A stretch of DNA of 64,000 nucleotides from positions 2,277 through 66,276 of the forward strand of contig JANRKY010000148.1 in NCBI GenBank assembly GCA_033763135.1, written 5' to 3'. The position numbers were made by a program, and so were the translations under genes. This document shows positions 30,180 to 47,096 of the stretch, piece by piece. How positions within the stretch are numbered: position 1 is the first letter of the stretch; every line of letters begins with the position of its first letter. The notes under the pieces are model-generated. The model was not told the origin of the DNA. It did no database searches and saw only the letters and a list, made by a program, of their open reading frames with translations. This DNA is from Blastocatellia bacterium (GTDB lineage Bacteria; Acidobacteriota; Blastocatellia; RBC074).

Positions 30180-32961
30180 CGGCCGTTTCGAGGCGAAGGT
30201 CGCCGCCGTCGGTCGAGAGGGTGATGGCGCCGCAGCGGCTGGTGCGCCAGACGCGGGCGCCGGAGGCCTGCAGGCGCGCGAGAGCGTCCGGGTGGGGATG
30301 CCCGAAGGGGCTGGGTTCGGCGACCGAGATGACGGCGTGAGCGGGGCGCACGCGCTGGAGGAATTCGCTGGTGGAAGAGGTTCGCGACCCGTGATGCGCC
30401 ACCTTGAGTACGTCGGCGCGCAGGTCCTCGGCCGATGCGCAGAGGCGCGCTTCGGCGTCGCGCTCGATGTCCCCCGTAAAGAGAAACCGGCGACCGCCGT
30501 AGACGACGCGCAGGACGAGCGAGCCGTTGTTGGCGGAGCGCGGGGCGGCGGCGAACTCCGCATCGGGCGAGAGAGTCTCGATCGTCACGCCGTCGATCTC
30601 GATGCGATCGCCGCGCGCGGCGCGCTGCAGCGGGGCGTTCGCGAGTCGCACGGCGCGATCGAAGAGATCCGGCCCGAAAGCCCCGGAAAGTCTCGAGGAA
30701 GGTCCGCGCAGCGCGCGCCCGATTTCGAAGGCGCGCGCGATCTCGCCGAATCCCTCCACGTGGTCCGCGTCGCCGTGGCTCGCGACGATCCAGTCGAGCC
30801 GCCCGATTCCGCAATGCCAGAGAAACGGCATGACGGCGGCCTCGCCGATGCCGAGGCGATCCTCGACGAGCAGTTCGTCCTCCGGTTCCGCGTCGAAGCC
30901 ACCTCGATATGCCGGGCGGCCTCCGCTGTCGAGCAGCATCGTTCCCCCGCGCGGAAACCGCAGCAGCATCGCATCTCCCTGCCCGACGTCGAGAAAGGTG
31001 ACGCTCAGCCGACCGTGCTCGTATTCGTGCTCGAATGGATGCAGCGTCAGCAGCGCGCCGAGCGTCGCCATCGTCAGCAGCGCGCAGGGGACGGCGATGC
31101 GCCCGAGCCGCCGCCGCCGGGCGTCGCGCGATTCGTCCCCTTTTCGAAGCGGGTTCGAGAGATCGAGACAGACCACGAGCAGCAGGGCCGCGCAGAAGAA
31201 TGCGGCGAAGACCCACTGCCATCCCGTCCCCCAGTCCGGAACGCGAAAAGCGGCGCCGCGCCGGGCCAGCATCCAATCGCCGGAGGCCACGATCAGCCGC
31301 GCCAGCCCATCGACGACGCCGGCCAGCGGAGCAACCCACTCTCCGAGCAGCGCATGCAGCGCCAGAAAGATCGCGCCGGCAATCATCAGCAGCGAGATCA
31401 GCGCGCTCTCAACGACATTCGCCGCCGGCGAGATCATCGAGAAGCGATGAAAATAGTGGAGCATCATCGGCAGCAGGCCGATCTGCACGCTCGTGGTCGT
31501 GAGCAGCGTCGTCGCGATCGCCGTCAGCGGCGTCTGGAGCCGCCAGCGATTCAGAATCGACGCCGCGCGCGTCTTCTGCAGGCGATAGCGGATGTGCGCC
31601 TCGGCCATCTCCGCGCGAAACGCCCGTTCGTCCCAGAAGAGCGCCTCGGCCAGACAACGAACCCAGCCCGGCGCGAGCGGCGGATACGGCGTCGCGGCCG
31701 ACGGCCGCCACTGTCCGATCGCCCGCAACCGCAGATAGAGCGGCGCCGTGAAGCCGACGATCGCGAAGACCGTCAGGAACGAGAGCTGAAAGCCGGGATT
31801 GAAGAGATCCCGCGGCTGCCACGCGAGCAGAATGATCGCCGCGGCCGCCAGCAGATTCGTCCCGATCGATTGGCGAAAGAGCAGCCGCCCCACGACCACG
31901 ATGGTCAGCATGACCACCGCGCGCGTGATCGAGGGCTCCGCGCCGACCATCAGCGCATATGACCACATCAACGCAACGACCAGCGAATACCGGCCCGCCC
32001 GCGAACGGATTCCCCGCGCCGACGCCCAGAGCGCGACCGCCGCGATCATCGCGACGTGCGATCCCGAGATCACCAGCAGATGAAATGTCCCGCCCCCGCG
32101 AAACGATTCCGCCGGCCCGCGCAGCAGAAAATACCGGTTCCCGAAGAGCGCGGCCGCCAGAATCCCCGCCGCCGGCTGCTGAAACCGTCGCAGCGTCGCC
32201 GACAGCGCCCGCGAGCGAACGCCATACAGCGCCCGCAGCGCCGCGCTCGACGTCCCCTCCCCGAGCCGCTCGATGAGCAGCGGGCTCTTCACCATTCCTC
32301 GCGCGTCGAGACCGCGGTCTTCGAGCAGTTCGTCGAAATCGGGCGCGCCCGGATTCCGATAGCCTCCCCGATCGCGAAGCGCGCACAGCACCCGCACGCG
32401 CGCGCCGTAATCGATGCCGAGCGCATCGTACTCCGCGCGCGACTCGTCGTCGCTGAATGGCGCCGTGATCTGCACGCTGCCCGACGCCGGCCGCTCTCGA
32501 CCCAAGGTCGCGAGCCGCTCGACGGCGATTCGCAGATAGATTCGATCCGGCGCCAGCTCCGGCGCCGACTCCAGCGTCCCGTACAGTTCGACGGGCTCCG
32601 CCGCGCTCACCTCGCCCCGCTCGAGCATCCGCCGAACCCGCTCCGGACCTGCTTCGCGCTCCCGCAGCGCGCCGAGCGCCCCGCCCGCCCCCAGGCAGCC
32701 GAGAAGCAGAATCCCCGTCACCACGCCCCCGCCGCGCCTCCGCCACAGACGGACGCCCGCCAGCAGCCACGCGGCCAGACCGCCCAACAGCCAGACCGAC
32801 GCCGAAATGGAGAACGAAGACGCAAGAAGAAGACCGCCGATAAAGGCGAGCGAGAAGAAGAACAGCGGCTGTTCGGACAGGCTGAGCCGTGAAAAATGAA
32901 GACGTCGGGCCATGCGCGATTCTCTCTTCGCCGCGAAGGGGGCCCGATCCCTTCGCGACAT
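30118..32961 (-). CDS. comEC: DNA internalization-related competence protein ComEC/Rec2 with C-terminal metallo-beta-lactamase domain
   Basis: 947 aa with an N-terminal DUF4131-like TM region and a polytopic core. C-terminal MBL motif HGDADHVEGF and ..VAHHGS. Its 3' end overlaps convergent comEA by about 60 bp. Confidence 0.85.
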   Translation of the reverse strand: MSRRDRAPFAAKRESRMARRLHFSRLSLSEQPLFFFSLAFIGGLLLASSFSISASVWLLGGLAAWLLAGVRLWRRRGGGVVTGILLLGCLGAGGALGALREREAGPERVRRMLERGEVSAAEPVELYGTLESAPELAPDRIYLRIAVERLATLGRERPASGSVQITAPFSDDESRAEYDALGIDYGARVRVLCALRDRGGYRNPGAPDFDELLEDRGLDARGMVKSPLLIERLGEGTSSAALRALYGVRSRALSATLRRFQQPAAGILAAALFGNRYFLLRGPAESFRGGGTFHLLVISGSHVAMIAAVALWASARGIRSRAGRYSLVVALMWSYALMVGAEPSITRAVVMLTIVVVGRLLFRQSIGTNLLAAAAIILLAWQPRDLFNPGFQLSFLTVFAIVGFTAPLYLRLRAIGQWRPSAATPYPPLAPGWVRCLAEALFWDERAFRAEMAEAHIRYRLQKTRAASILNRWRLQTPLTAIATTLLTTTSVQIGLLPMMLHYFHRFSMISPAANVVESALISLLMIAGAIFLALHALLGEWVAPLAGVVDGLARLIVASGDWMLARRGAAFRVPDWGTGWQWVFAAFFCAALLLVVCLDLSNPLRKGDESRDARRRRLGRIAVPCALLTMATLGALLTLHPFEHEYEHGRLSVTFLDVGQGDAMLLRFPRGGTMLLDSGGRPAYRGGFDAEPEDELLVEDRLGIGEAAVMPFLWHCGIGRLDWIVASHGDADHVEGFGEIARAFEIGRALRGPSSRLSGAFGPDLFDRAVRLANAPLQRAARGDRIEIDGVTIETLSPDAEFAAAPRSANNGSLVLRVVYGGRRFLFTGDIERDAEARLCASAEDLRADVLKVAHHGSRTSSTSEFLQRVRPAHAVISVAEPSPFGHPHPDALARLQASGARVWRTSRCGAITLSTDGGDLRLETAVKCESDPQSRDTASRSSPER

Positions 32962-32985
32962 CCAATTCTGATGAACCTGTTCTCC

Positions 32986-33048
32986 ACGAAGTTACACGAA
33001 GCAACACGAAGGGAAGCCTCTTCTTCGTGTTTCTTCGCGCAACGTCGC
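32986..33048. repeat. CACGAAG-unit palindromic element, second copy
   Basis: ccacgaagttacacgaagcaacacgaag .. cttcttcgtgtttcttcg, in the rlmD-comEC intergenic region. Confidence 0.8.
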
Positions 33049-33067
33049 GGATGATTTCCCGAGAAGA

Positions 33068-34324
33068 CTATCTTTCCGCGCGCCGCAACTGAACGACCGT
33101 CTCGACGTGAAAGGTCTGGGGAAACATATCGAGCGCCGTGATCGAATCGATCTCGTAGCCGAAATCGAGCAGCATGCGCAGGTCGCGCGATAGCGTCGCC
33201 GGATCGCACGAGACGTAATGCACGCGGGGGGCTTCGAGCGCCGCGATCCGTTCGATCGCGGGCAGGCCGACGCCCGCGCGCGGCGGATCGAGCAGAATGA
33301 AATCGGGGCGCGGCAGTTCATGCGATTTGTACTTGAGCCAGGCTTCGACCGAGATCGGCTCGTAGCGAACGTTTGAGATCCCATTCGCCCGGGCGTTCTC
33401 GACGCCGTGCGCGGCCGCGGACTTGTTGCCCTCGACGGCGCAGACCTGCTCGAAACAGCCGGCCAGCCGCAGGCTGAAGAGACCGACGCCCGCGTAAAGA
33501 TCGATCGCCAGCGCGCCGGCGGCCTCTCCGATGGCTGCGCGCACCAGATCGTCCGCCAGCAGCCGATTTCCCTGAAAGAAGGATTTGACGCCGAACCCGT
33601 AGCTCACTTCCCCGATTCGCTGATGCGCCGTGCCGAGCGCGTCGATCTCGGCGGCCCGCCCGTTCTCGCCGGTCGCGGGCGTGACGATCACCTCGTCATC
33701 GCCGACCGTCAGATAGACGCGCGTCGCATCGTTCGGAATCAGCGACGGCTCGGCCCGCAGCCGCTGCAGCTCGCGGTTCGCGGCCGGCAGCAGGATCCGG
33801 CAGCCGTCCACTTCGCAGATCTCCTGCGACGCGGCGCGGAAGAACCCGATGCGCGCCCGCCCCGCATCGTCGCGCGCGATCTTGATCTCCGCGCGCGAGC
33901 GATAGCCGAACTCGTCCGCCGATCGCATCGCGATCTCTCCCGGCCAGTCGATATTTCCCAGTCGCCGCAGCGATTCGCGAACGAAGGAGACCTTGGCGTC
34001 GAGCTGCGCCGGATACGCGAGATGCTGCAACTGACAGCCGCCGCACTCGCCGAAATGATCGCACGGCGGCTCTCGTCGCGCGGACGACGGCGCGAGAATC
34101 GCGTCGATCACGCCCCGCGCGAAGTTCTTTCCCCGCTCGACAATCCGTATCCGCAGGCGGTCTCCCGCCGCCGCGCCCGGAACGAAGACCGTCTGCCCGC
34201 TCACGCGCGCCAACCCATCGCCGCCATAGACAAGCTTTTCGATCTCCACATCGCAGGCGTCGCCGATCGACAGCGCCGCGGCGGCCTTCGCTTCGGAAAT
34301 GAGATGATCTGCCGGTGTCGCCAT
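33068..34324 (-). CDS. rlmD: 23S rRNA (uracil-C5)-methyltransferase RlmD/RumA family
   Basis: 418 aa with an N-terminal TRAM domain, a cysteine cluster (CDHFGECGGCQLQH) and SAM-MTase motifs (DLYAGVGLFSL, LLDPPRAG). Confidence 0.8.
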   Translation of the reverse strand: MATPADHLISEAKAAAALSIGDACDVEIEKLVYGGDGLARVSGQTVFVPGAAAGDRLRIRIVERGKNFARGVIDAILAPSSARREPPCDHFGECGGCQLQHLAYPAQLDAKVSFVRESLRRLGNIDWPGEIAMRSADEFGYRSRAEIKIARDDAGRARIGFFRAASQEICEVDGCRILLPAANRELQRLRAEPSLIPNDATRVYLTVGDDEVIVTPATGENGRAAEIDALGTAHQRIGEVSYGFGVKSFFQGNRLLADDLVRAAIGEAAGALAIDLYAGVGLFSLRLAGCFEQVCAVEGNKSAAAHGVENARANGISNVRYEPISVEAWLKYKSHELPRPDFILLDPPRAGVGLPAIERIAALEAPRVHYVSCDPATLSRDLRMLLDFGYEIDSITALDMFPQTFHVETVVQLRRAER

Positions 34325-34340
34325 ACTCGTTACTACCTCT

Positions 34341-35063
34341 TCATAAATAAAACAGACTCAACCGGGGAACCCGATACTCTTCCCGCAATCGTCGCGCGAT
34401 GAAACTGCCGAGCGTCTGCTCATAGACGTCGCGCTCCATCGTCTGCTTGTAGGCGCGCAACTGCTGCTTCCCTTCCTTGCGCAGTTCCGCGAGACGCTCC
34501 TCGCTCGTCTGCGCCTTCAACCCATCGAGGATCACCTCCTCGATCATCATCAGATCCGTCTCCAGTCCCTCGGGATCGCGCAGCCCGCTTCGTTCGAGAT
34601 CTTCGAGAATGCCCGCCAGGCGCTCAGCCGTGCGAACCAGCATCTCGTGCAGAATGGAATCGGACGGGTGGCGCTCGCGCACGCGCTCCAGCGCATCGCG
34701 GCTCTCTTTCAGATACGCGATGACCGTCGCCGCGCTGAACGGCGACTCGGCATCCGCGCCGGCGTCCGCGTCCGCCTCATCGGCGCGCCCGTTGCTGCCG
34801 ACGTGCGCGGCCGAATACTCCAGAAACATCGCCTCAACCTCCTGCCGGCAGAAGAAGAGCGAATTGACCCGCCGGCCGCGATGCGCCCGGGCGTCGTATC
34901 CATCGAAGGAGGATGTAATGCCGCGCAGAACGATATGCAGTGGAATCCCGCGCTGTTGCCAATTTTCGATCAGTGCCCAGTCCAACGGCGAAACCAGCAT
35001 GTGGCTGCCGCGGCGTTTGACGAATTCCTGTTCGATTTCCGTGAAATAATTGAAGTAATTCAT
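34341..35063 (-). CDS. hypothetical protein
   Basis: Probable start MNYFNYFTEIEQEF at 35063. The track ORF is longer. No domain recognised. Confidence 0.4.
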   Translation of the reverse strand: MNYFNYFTEIEQEFVKRRGSHMLVSPLDWALIENWQQRGIPLHIVLRGITSSFDGYDARAHRGRRVNSLFFCRQEVEAMFLEYSAAHVGSNGRADEADADAGADAESPFSAATVIAYLKESRDALERVRERHPSDSILHEMLVRTAERLAGILEDLERSGLRDPEGLETDLMMIEEVILDGLKAQTSEERLAELRKEGKQQLRAYKQTMERDVYEQTLGSFIARRLREEYRVPRLSLFYL

Positions 35064-35299
35064 GTCGAGCGGGCATAACCTGCCGGGGCGTCCGCAGGGG
35101 GAGCGAACACGCTCTCGATCCATCGAGTCACCGCGCTCGGAGGATGAAGATGTCGTTCTGAATCGTGCTGCATTGGGGTTGTCGGACGATCGGCATCTTA
35201 CCTCTCGCATCGATGCCTGTCCAACCGCAACGCGAAGCGAGGCGGGGAAATTTCCATTCTTCTTCGCTAAATCGGACCAGAAAACATTCGGACGGATAC

Positions 35300-35345
35300 T
35301 CAACCACGGGGAGCACGGGGATCAACCATTATCGTGCCCCCGCGC
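35300..35345. repeat. CACGGGG-unit element, partial copy C
   Basis: caaccacggggagcacggggatcaacc at the 3' end of birA. Only one arm is well conserved. Confidence 0.6.
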
Positions 35346-36155
35346 TTGAATTTTCCTGTTCGACGGTTCCTTGTTCTGATTTTGCGCGCAAGCGCGTGAC
35401 GTCGCCCGCGAGAATCGCGCGAAGTTCGCCGGCGTCGGTTCGCACGAGCAGGGCGCCGCTCTCGGTCACGTTCACGGTCGTGCCGGTCAGTTGTTCCACG
35501 TCGAGCGAGACCTGGACGCGCTGGCCGCGCCAGGTGCTGGACCGTTCCCGCCAGCGGTCGAGAAGCGCCGCGAAATCGCCGCGCGCCCAGCCCGCGTAGC
35601 CGTGCGCGATCCGATCGAGCAGCCGGTCGCGAAACCGATCGACCTCGATTCCGTTGCCCGTCTCGATGAGCAGCGAAGTCGCGATCTGCGCGATCTCCGG
35701 CGGAAACGAGGGATGATTGAGATTGACGCCGATTCCCAGAATCACGCGCAGCGAATTCGCCCCGGATGCGCCCTCGACGAGAATCCCCGAGATCTTTCGC
35801 CCCTTCACCAGCACGTCGTTCGGCCACTTGATGTCGACGCCCCCGACATCGAGCCCGATCAGCGTCTCGGCCACCGCCACCGCCGAAAGCAGGCTCAGCA
35901 GCGGAATGTGGGGCGCCGCGGCGGGCGTTGGCCGCAACAGAACCGACAGATAGAGGCCATCGCCCGGCGACGAATGCCACGCGCGATCTCGCCGCCCGCG
36001 CCCCGCCGTCTGCGACGCCGCAACCACGCAGGTGAACTCCGGCGCCTCTCCCATCGACTTCAACTGATCGTTTGTCGATCCGAGAACCGCGTATTGATGA
36101 ATTGTGAAGGGAGGGTGCGCAACCAGCCGGTCCGGCGTCATTCTGAAAACCTCAT

Positions 36156-36159
<4 letters not shown>
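35329..36159 (-). CDS. birA: biotin--[acetyl-CoA-carboxylase] ligase
   Basis: Probable start MNEVFRM at 36159. Biotin-protein-ligase core GRGRRDRAWHSSPGDGLYLS..DIKWPNDVLVKGRKISGILVE. Confidence 0.75.
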
Positions 36160-39155
<2,996 letters not shown>

Positions 39156-39203
39156 TGGAGGTCATCGGAAAGCGTCCCGCCCGCGCGAAACGCCGTATTT
39201 CCA

Positions 39204-39791
39204 TCATTCTTGCCCAGAAGCCTCGCGACGATCCAGCGCGCGGCGCAGCCAGGCCTTGGCCATGTTCCAGTCCCGCATCACGGTCGTGGGCGAGATCGAC
39301 AGCACCTCGGCCGCCTCTTCGACGCTCAATCCGCCGAAATACCGCAGCTCGACGATTCTGCATTTTCGAACGTCGACGTCCGCCAGCTCCCGGAGTGCGT
39401 CATCGAGCGCCACCAGCTCGGCGGCACGCTCTTCCGCAATCGAAACCGCCTCGTCGAGCGGAAACACCTGCGCGCCGCCGCCGTTCCGGGCCGCCTGCCG
39501 GGATCGCGCGTAATCGACCAGAATATGCCGCATCGCCTGCGATGCGACCGCAAAAAAATGCGACCGGTTCTGCCACTCCTTCTCCTGATGATTGACCAGC
39601 CGAAGATAGGCCTCATTGATCAGTGCAGTCGTCTGCAGCGTGTGGCCGGGGCTCTGGCGCGCCATGTGTCGATGCGCCATCCGACGCAGCTCCGCATGCA
39701 CCAGCGGCATCAGCCTCTCCAGCGCCTCGTGATTGCCCTGGCTCCAATCATGCAATAGCTGCGTAACTTCGTTTGCCGGAGGCGTCGTCAT
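39204..39791 (-). CDS. ECF-type sigma-70 family sigma factor (ECF_STK-like)
   Basis: Start MTTPPANEVTQLLHDW at 39791. Sigma region 2 (ALINEAYLRLV) and region 4 (ELRYFGGLSVEEAAEVLSIS) are present. It lies directly upstream of the kinase. Confidence 0.8.
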   Translation of the reverse strand: MTTPPANEVTQLLHDWSQGNHEALERLMPLVHAELRRMAHRHMARQSPGHTLQTTALINEAYLRLVNHQEKEWQNRSHFFAVASQAMRHILVDYARSRQAARNGGGAQVFPLDEAVSIAEERAAELVALDDALRELADVDVRKCRIVELRYFGGLSVEEAAEVLSISPTTVMRDWNMAKAWLRRALDRREASGQE

Positions 39792-40089
39792 CGTTCCCGC
39801 CCTTCTCGCATGATGCGCACACAAACAAAGCTTCGCCGGAATGACCGCTCCCGGCGCAATATCGAGCGTTTTTCTTACTTGTTGAGGCCTTGGATTATAC
39901 CGCAACGTCTCGAAACGGCTACTGCCGCCAACCAGCCGCCGGGAATTCCAAAAAAAATTTTCCCGCTCATGGCAGTTCCCGCGACGGATTTCCGTTTATT
40001 CAAGTGGGAGCGCGGAAAACGCGGCCCTTGAAAATCGAAGCAGGCTTCCGGCGGAAATCGCCACAATGGATTTCGAAAAGGAGACGGAG

Positions 40090-40191
40090 ATGAAAATTTA
40101 TCCTGGTGAGAGCCTCAGGGACCTGACAAAGAAGGAGGAAGTGATTGCGCCGGCCCATCTTCCCGAAATGCAGCGAGACGCGGGCAACTGA
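40090..40191 (+). CDS. candidate small ORF (33 aa), MKIYPGESLRDLTKKEEVIAPAHLPEMQRDAGN
   Basis: AAGGAG occurs 7-8 nt upstream. A strong rho-independent terminator lies 40 nt downstream (40233..40270). No homology can be assessed. Confidence 0.25.
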   Translation: MKIYPGESLRDLTKKEEVIAPAHLPEMQRDAGN

Positions 40192-40232
40192 CCCTGCGCC
40201 GCAACGAGTTACCACAACGTCCATCAGCCATT

Positions 40233-40270
40233 CCCGCCGCCGTTCTTCACCAACGGCGGCGGGTTATTTT
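40233..40270 (+). terminator. rho-independent terminator (cccgccgccgtt-cttcacc-aacggcggcggg-ttatttt)
   Basis: Perfect 12-bp GC-rich stem with a 7-nt loop and a U-rich tail. It lies downstream of the candidate 33-aa ORF. Confidence 0.7.
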
Positions 40271-40290
40271 CCGGCTTACAGCCGTTTTCA

Positions 40291-40448
40291 AATGCATGCG
40301 ACCTGGTTCGCAATCAAGAAGAAGAAAAACGGAACAAACAGAAAGAACGGAACAAACGGAGCCTGCGATTGTAGGGCTCCGTTTGTTCCGTCTTTTCCGT
40401 TTGTTCCGTTTTTCTTCTTCCGATGCGGGCGATCAGGTCGCATGCAAT
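40291..40448. repeat. about 155-bp near-perfect palindrome built from GGAACAAAC units
   Basis: Outer arms aaatgcatgcgacctg / caggtcgcatgcaatt. Inner arms gaagaagaaaaacggaacaaacagaaagaacggaacaaacggagcc / ggctccgtttgttccgtcttttccgtttgttccgtttttcttcttc. The loop is tgcgattgtagg. Confidence 0.9.
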
Positions 40449-40499
40449 TGAAAAGCGCTTTAAATCAGGCCCAAAAACTGGGGCCCGATTTAGAAGGAT

Positions 40500-41387
40500 T
40501 CACGCCATCTTGATCTTGAAGCTGATGTCCACGGCGGGCGCGGAATGGGTAAGCGCCCCGATGGAGATGAGATCGACGCCGGCTTCGGCATAGGCGCGGA
40601 CGTTGGCGAGCGTGATGCCGCCGGAGGCCTCGGTCAGCGTCCGACGGTCGTCGGGTTCGCGCTGTTTGAGAATCTCGACCGCCTCGCGAACCATTTCGGG
40701 CGCCATATTGTCGAGCAGCAGAATATCGGCGCGGGCCTGGAGGGCTTCGCGAACCTGGTCGAGCGAGGCGACTTCGACCTCGATCTTGTGCAGGTGACCG
40801 ACGGTTTCCCGAGCGCGACGAACGGCCTCGGCGACGCCGCCGACCATCGCGATGTGATTGTCCTTGATGAGCACGCCGTCATCGAGCCCCAGCCGGTGGT
40901 TGTGGCCGCCGCCGGCCGTGACGGCGTACTTTTCAAGCAGCCGCAGACCGGGCGTGGTCTTGCGGGTATCGACGATCTTCGCCCCGGTCCCCGCGACGGC
41001 CTCGACATACCGGCGCGTGATCGTCGCGATCCCGGAGAGCCGCTGCAGGAAGTTGAGCGCGACGCGCTCGGCCGCGAGCAGCATCTGCGCGTCTCCCGTC
41101 ACCCGCGCGAAGACCTTTCCCTCCTTGACCTCCTCGCCGTCGGCCGCCGCCGATTCGATCTGCAGATACGGATCGAACGACGTGAAGGCCGCATCCGCGA
41201 CCTCCAGCCCTGCGAGCACCAGATCCTGCTTCGCCAGAAAGCTGCCGCGCGCCTTCAACCCCGGGCGCACGATCGCGCGCGAGGTGATGTCTCCGCGCCC
41301 CAGATCTTCATCCAGGGCCTTGTTCACCATATCGAAGATCACTTCGGGGTCGGGGGGAATGATCATTGTGTTTCGCTCTTTTTTCAT
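40500..41387 (-). CDS. nadC: nicotinate-nucleotide pyrophosphorylase (carboxylating)
   Basis: 295 aa with QPRTase blocks (DLGRGDITS, GGGHNHRLGLDDGVLIKDNH, LLLDNM). Confidence 0.9.
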   Translation of the reverse strand: MKKERNTMIIPPDPEVIFDMVNKALDEDLGRGDITSRAIVRPGLKARGSFLAKQDLVLAGLEVADAAFTSFDPYLQIESAAADGEEVKEGKVFARVTGDAQMLLAAERVALNFLQRLSGIATITRRYVEAVAGTGAKIVDTRKTTPGLRLLEKYAVTAGGGHNHRLGLDDGVLIKDNHIAMVGGVAEAVRRARETVGHLHKIEVEVASLDQVREALQARADILLLDNMAPEMVREAVEILKQREPDDRRTLTEASGGITLANVRAYAEAGVDLISIGALTHSAPAVDISFKIKMA

Positions 41388-41413
41388 ATTGGGCCGATAA
41401 ATCGACGCGCCGC

Positions 41414-44185
<2,772 letters not shown>

Positions 44186-44948
44186 AATGAAGGTATCTAT
44201 GATCGATCGTTCCCGGGCGCGATCGTCCTCGGCCCATCCGTCACTGGTCTTCCAGGTGATCGACTAGTATCTTCGATCAGCCATCAACTGACAACCGTTG
44301 AATGAAGAATGGCCCTTGATCATCGGGTCGGCCACGCTGGAGCGGGAGATCGGCCACAGAGCCACTGAGGCGCGGAGAAAGCCCGGAAAACAGGATCTTC
44401 TCCGCTCTCGCCTCCGTGCCTCCGTGGCAACTTTGAACTCATTTTGGCCCAAACGATGATCAAGGCCGAAGAATGACCAATGACGGACGGCCGGCGCCCG
44501 ATCAATCGATATCGAGGAGGCTTTCCGTAACGCGGAGGGGAGCGGGTCTGGCCGGGGCTTGCTGCGCCTTGACGAGTTCGGCCACTTCCGGCGCCAGACG
44601 GCGGGCCAGTTCGCCGAGAAGCGTCTCGGAAAGGCGCGCGGTGACCTGTTCAACGACGCGGTCCACGATCTCATCGACCACCTGCTGGGGAATTACGGCC
44701 GCCTCCGGCGCCGCTGCCGTGGCAACATTTGCGTGAACGGATTGAAGGGGGGCCTCGGAAACGGGCGCGTGGAGCTCCGGCAGCACATCGTCGAGTTCGA
44801 GCAGGTCGTCGAACTCTTCCAGACCGGCCGCGGGCGGCTCGCTGTTCGAAATCTCGGGCTCCTCGGCCGGGATGACGCGCGCCTCCGCCGCCGCGGGCTG
44901 CGAAAGCGGCTCGCTCTCGACGGGCGCGAGTTCGAGCGGGACGATCTC

Positions 44949-45545
44949 TTAGACCAGCTCGCTCAGCGGCTCCGGCTCGTCAAGCGCAGCCGGCGAAACG
45001 AGAACGATCTCCGTGAGCGGCTCCAGTTCCTCCGCCTGCCCCGCGCCATTCGCGGTCGTCGTGGCGGTCCGAAGCAACTCCTCGATCTTCGCGCTCTTCG
45101 TCTCCGTCCGCACGGGCTCCGCAGGCGCGACGGCGGCGGCCGGCTGAGCCTCTCCCGGCTCAATCAGGCTCTTGACCGTCGCGATCAGCGTGCGAATCGA
45201 TTGAAACGGCTTCGTCAGATGATAGTCCGCCCCCACGCGGCGCGCGCGCTCCTCATCGAACGGCTCGAACGCCGGCACCAGCAGGATCACCGGCGTATTC
45301 TTCAAATCGGAATGGTTCTTGACGAACTCGCAGATCTCGTACCCATTCTTGCCCGGAATCGAGACATCGGCCATCACCAACGCCGGACGCAGATATTGCA
45401 GCCGATGAATCGCTTCATCTCCATTGTTGACCGTCAAGACATCGACGCCCTCATCGGAAAAGGTCAGCGTGATGATCTTCTGAACGGTCACACTGTCATC
45501 GGCGAGCAGGATTTTGTAACTCACAAGGCCTCCACTGGCGAACAA
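44949..45545 (-). CDS. response regulator receiver domain protein (CheY-like) with Pro/Glu/Ala-rich tail; the frame continues past the TAA stop
   Basis: Receiver motifs [19 protein letters not shown] and HLTKP. The region downstream of the TAA at 44949 stays open in the same frame to 44502 (see findings). Confidence 0.65.
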   Translation of the reverse strand: MFASGGLVSYKILLADDSVTVQKIITLTFSDEGVDVLTVNNGDEAIHRLQYLRPALVMADVSIPGKNGYEICEFVKNHSDLKNTPVILLVPAFEPFDEERARRVGADYHLTKPFQSIRTLIATVKSLIEPGEAQPAAAVAPAEPVRTETKSAKIEELLRTATTTANGAGQAEELEPLTEIVLVSPAALDEPEPLSELV

Positions 45546-45838
45546 ACTGGCAGTATATTCGGTAAGAATCTTGCGCGGCGAGTTTCAAGACAGGCGCCGC
45601 CGGGGCGAATTCTGATTATAGCCGTCCGAGCAACGACGACTTTCCCTTGAGAAATACCACAAAAAGGATGGGGCGCACAAAGAAAACTTCGTGCGCCCCC
45701 GGATTCCCGACAATTCCCTTTTTGTGACCTGGACAAGAAAACGACGCGGCGAAAAGCCGACGCGGCGAAAAAACGCCTCATGAATTTCGAGGGAACGGCG
45801 TCCCGAGCGACGAATTTCGCCGGGTCGCTCCCTCGCGT

Positions 45839-46990
<1,152 letters not shown>

Positions 46991-47002
46991 ATAACGACTA
47001 CT

Positions 47003-47027
47003 CCTCGGAATGCGTTTGGAGTTCCGC
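47003..47027. repeat. solo copy of GTTTGGAGTTCCGCCTTCAGGCGG 23-mer
   Basis: cgtttggagttccgccttcaggcgg, just downstream of bamD and upstream of the rpe 3' end. Confidence 0.75.
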
Positions 47028-47096
47028 CTTCAGGCGGGTGAAATTTCAGCGCTCAATTCAAATCCATCGTGGGGCGAGTGTTCAATTCGCCGCCTT

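Noticed and set aside
29411-31339. 642-aa minus-strand ORF
   Set aside because: Only the C-terminal 138 aa (29411..29827) form the XisH homolog with its own ATG. The upstream 500 aa is antisense to comEA/comEC and Arg-rich nonsense.
44264-44674. 136-aa minus-strand ORF upstream of valS
   Set aside because: It overlaps the in-frame continuation of the response-regulator reading frame in another frame and has no start context. Probably spurious.
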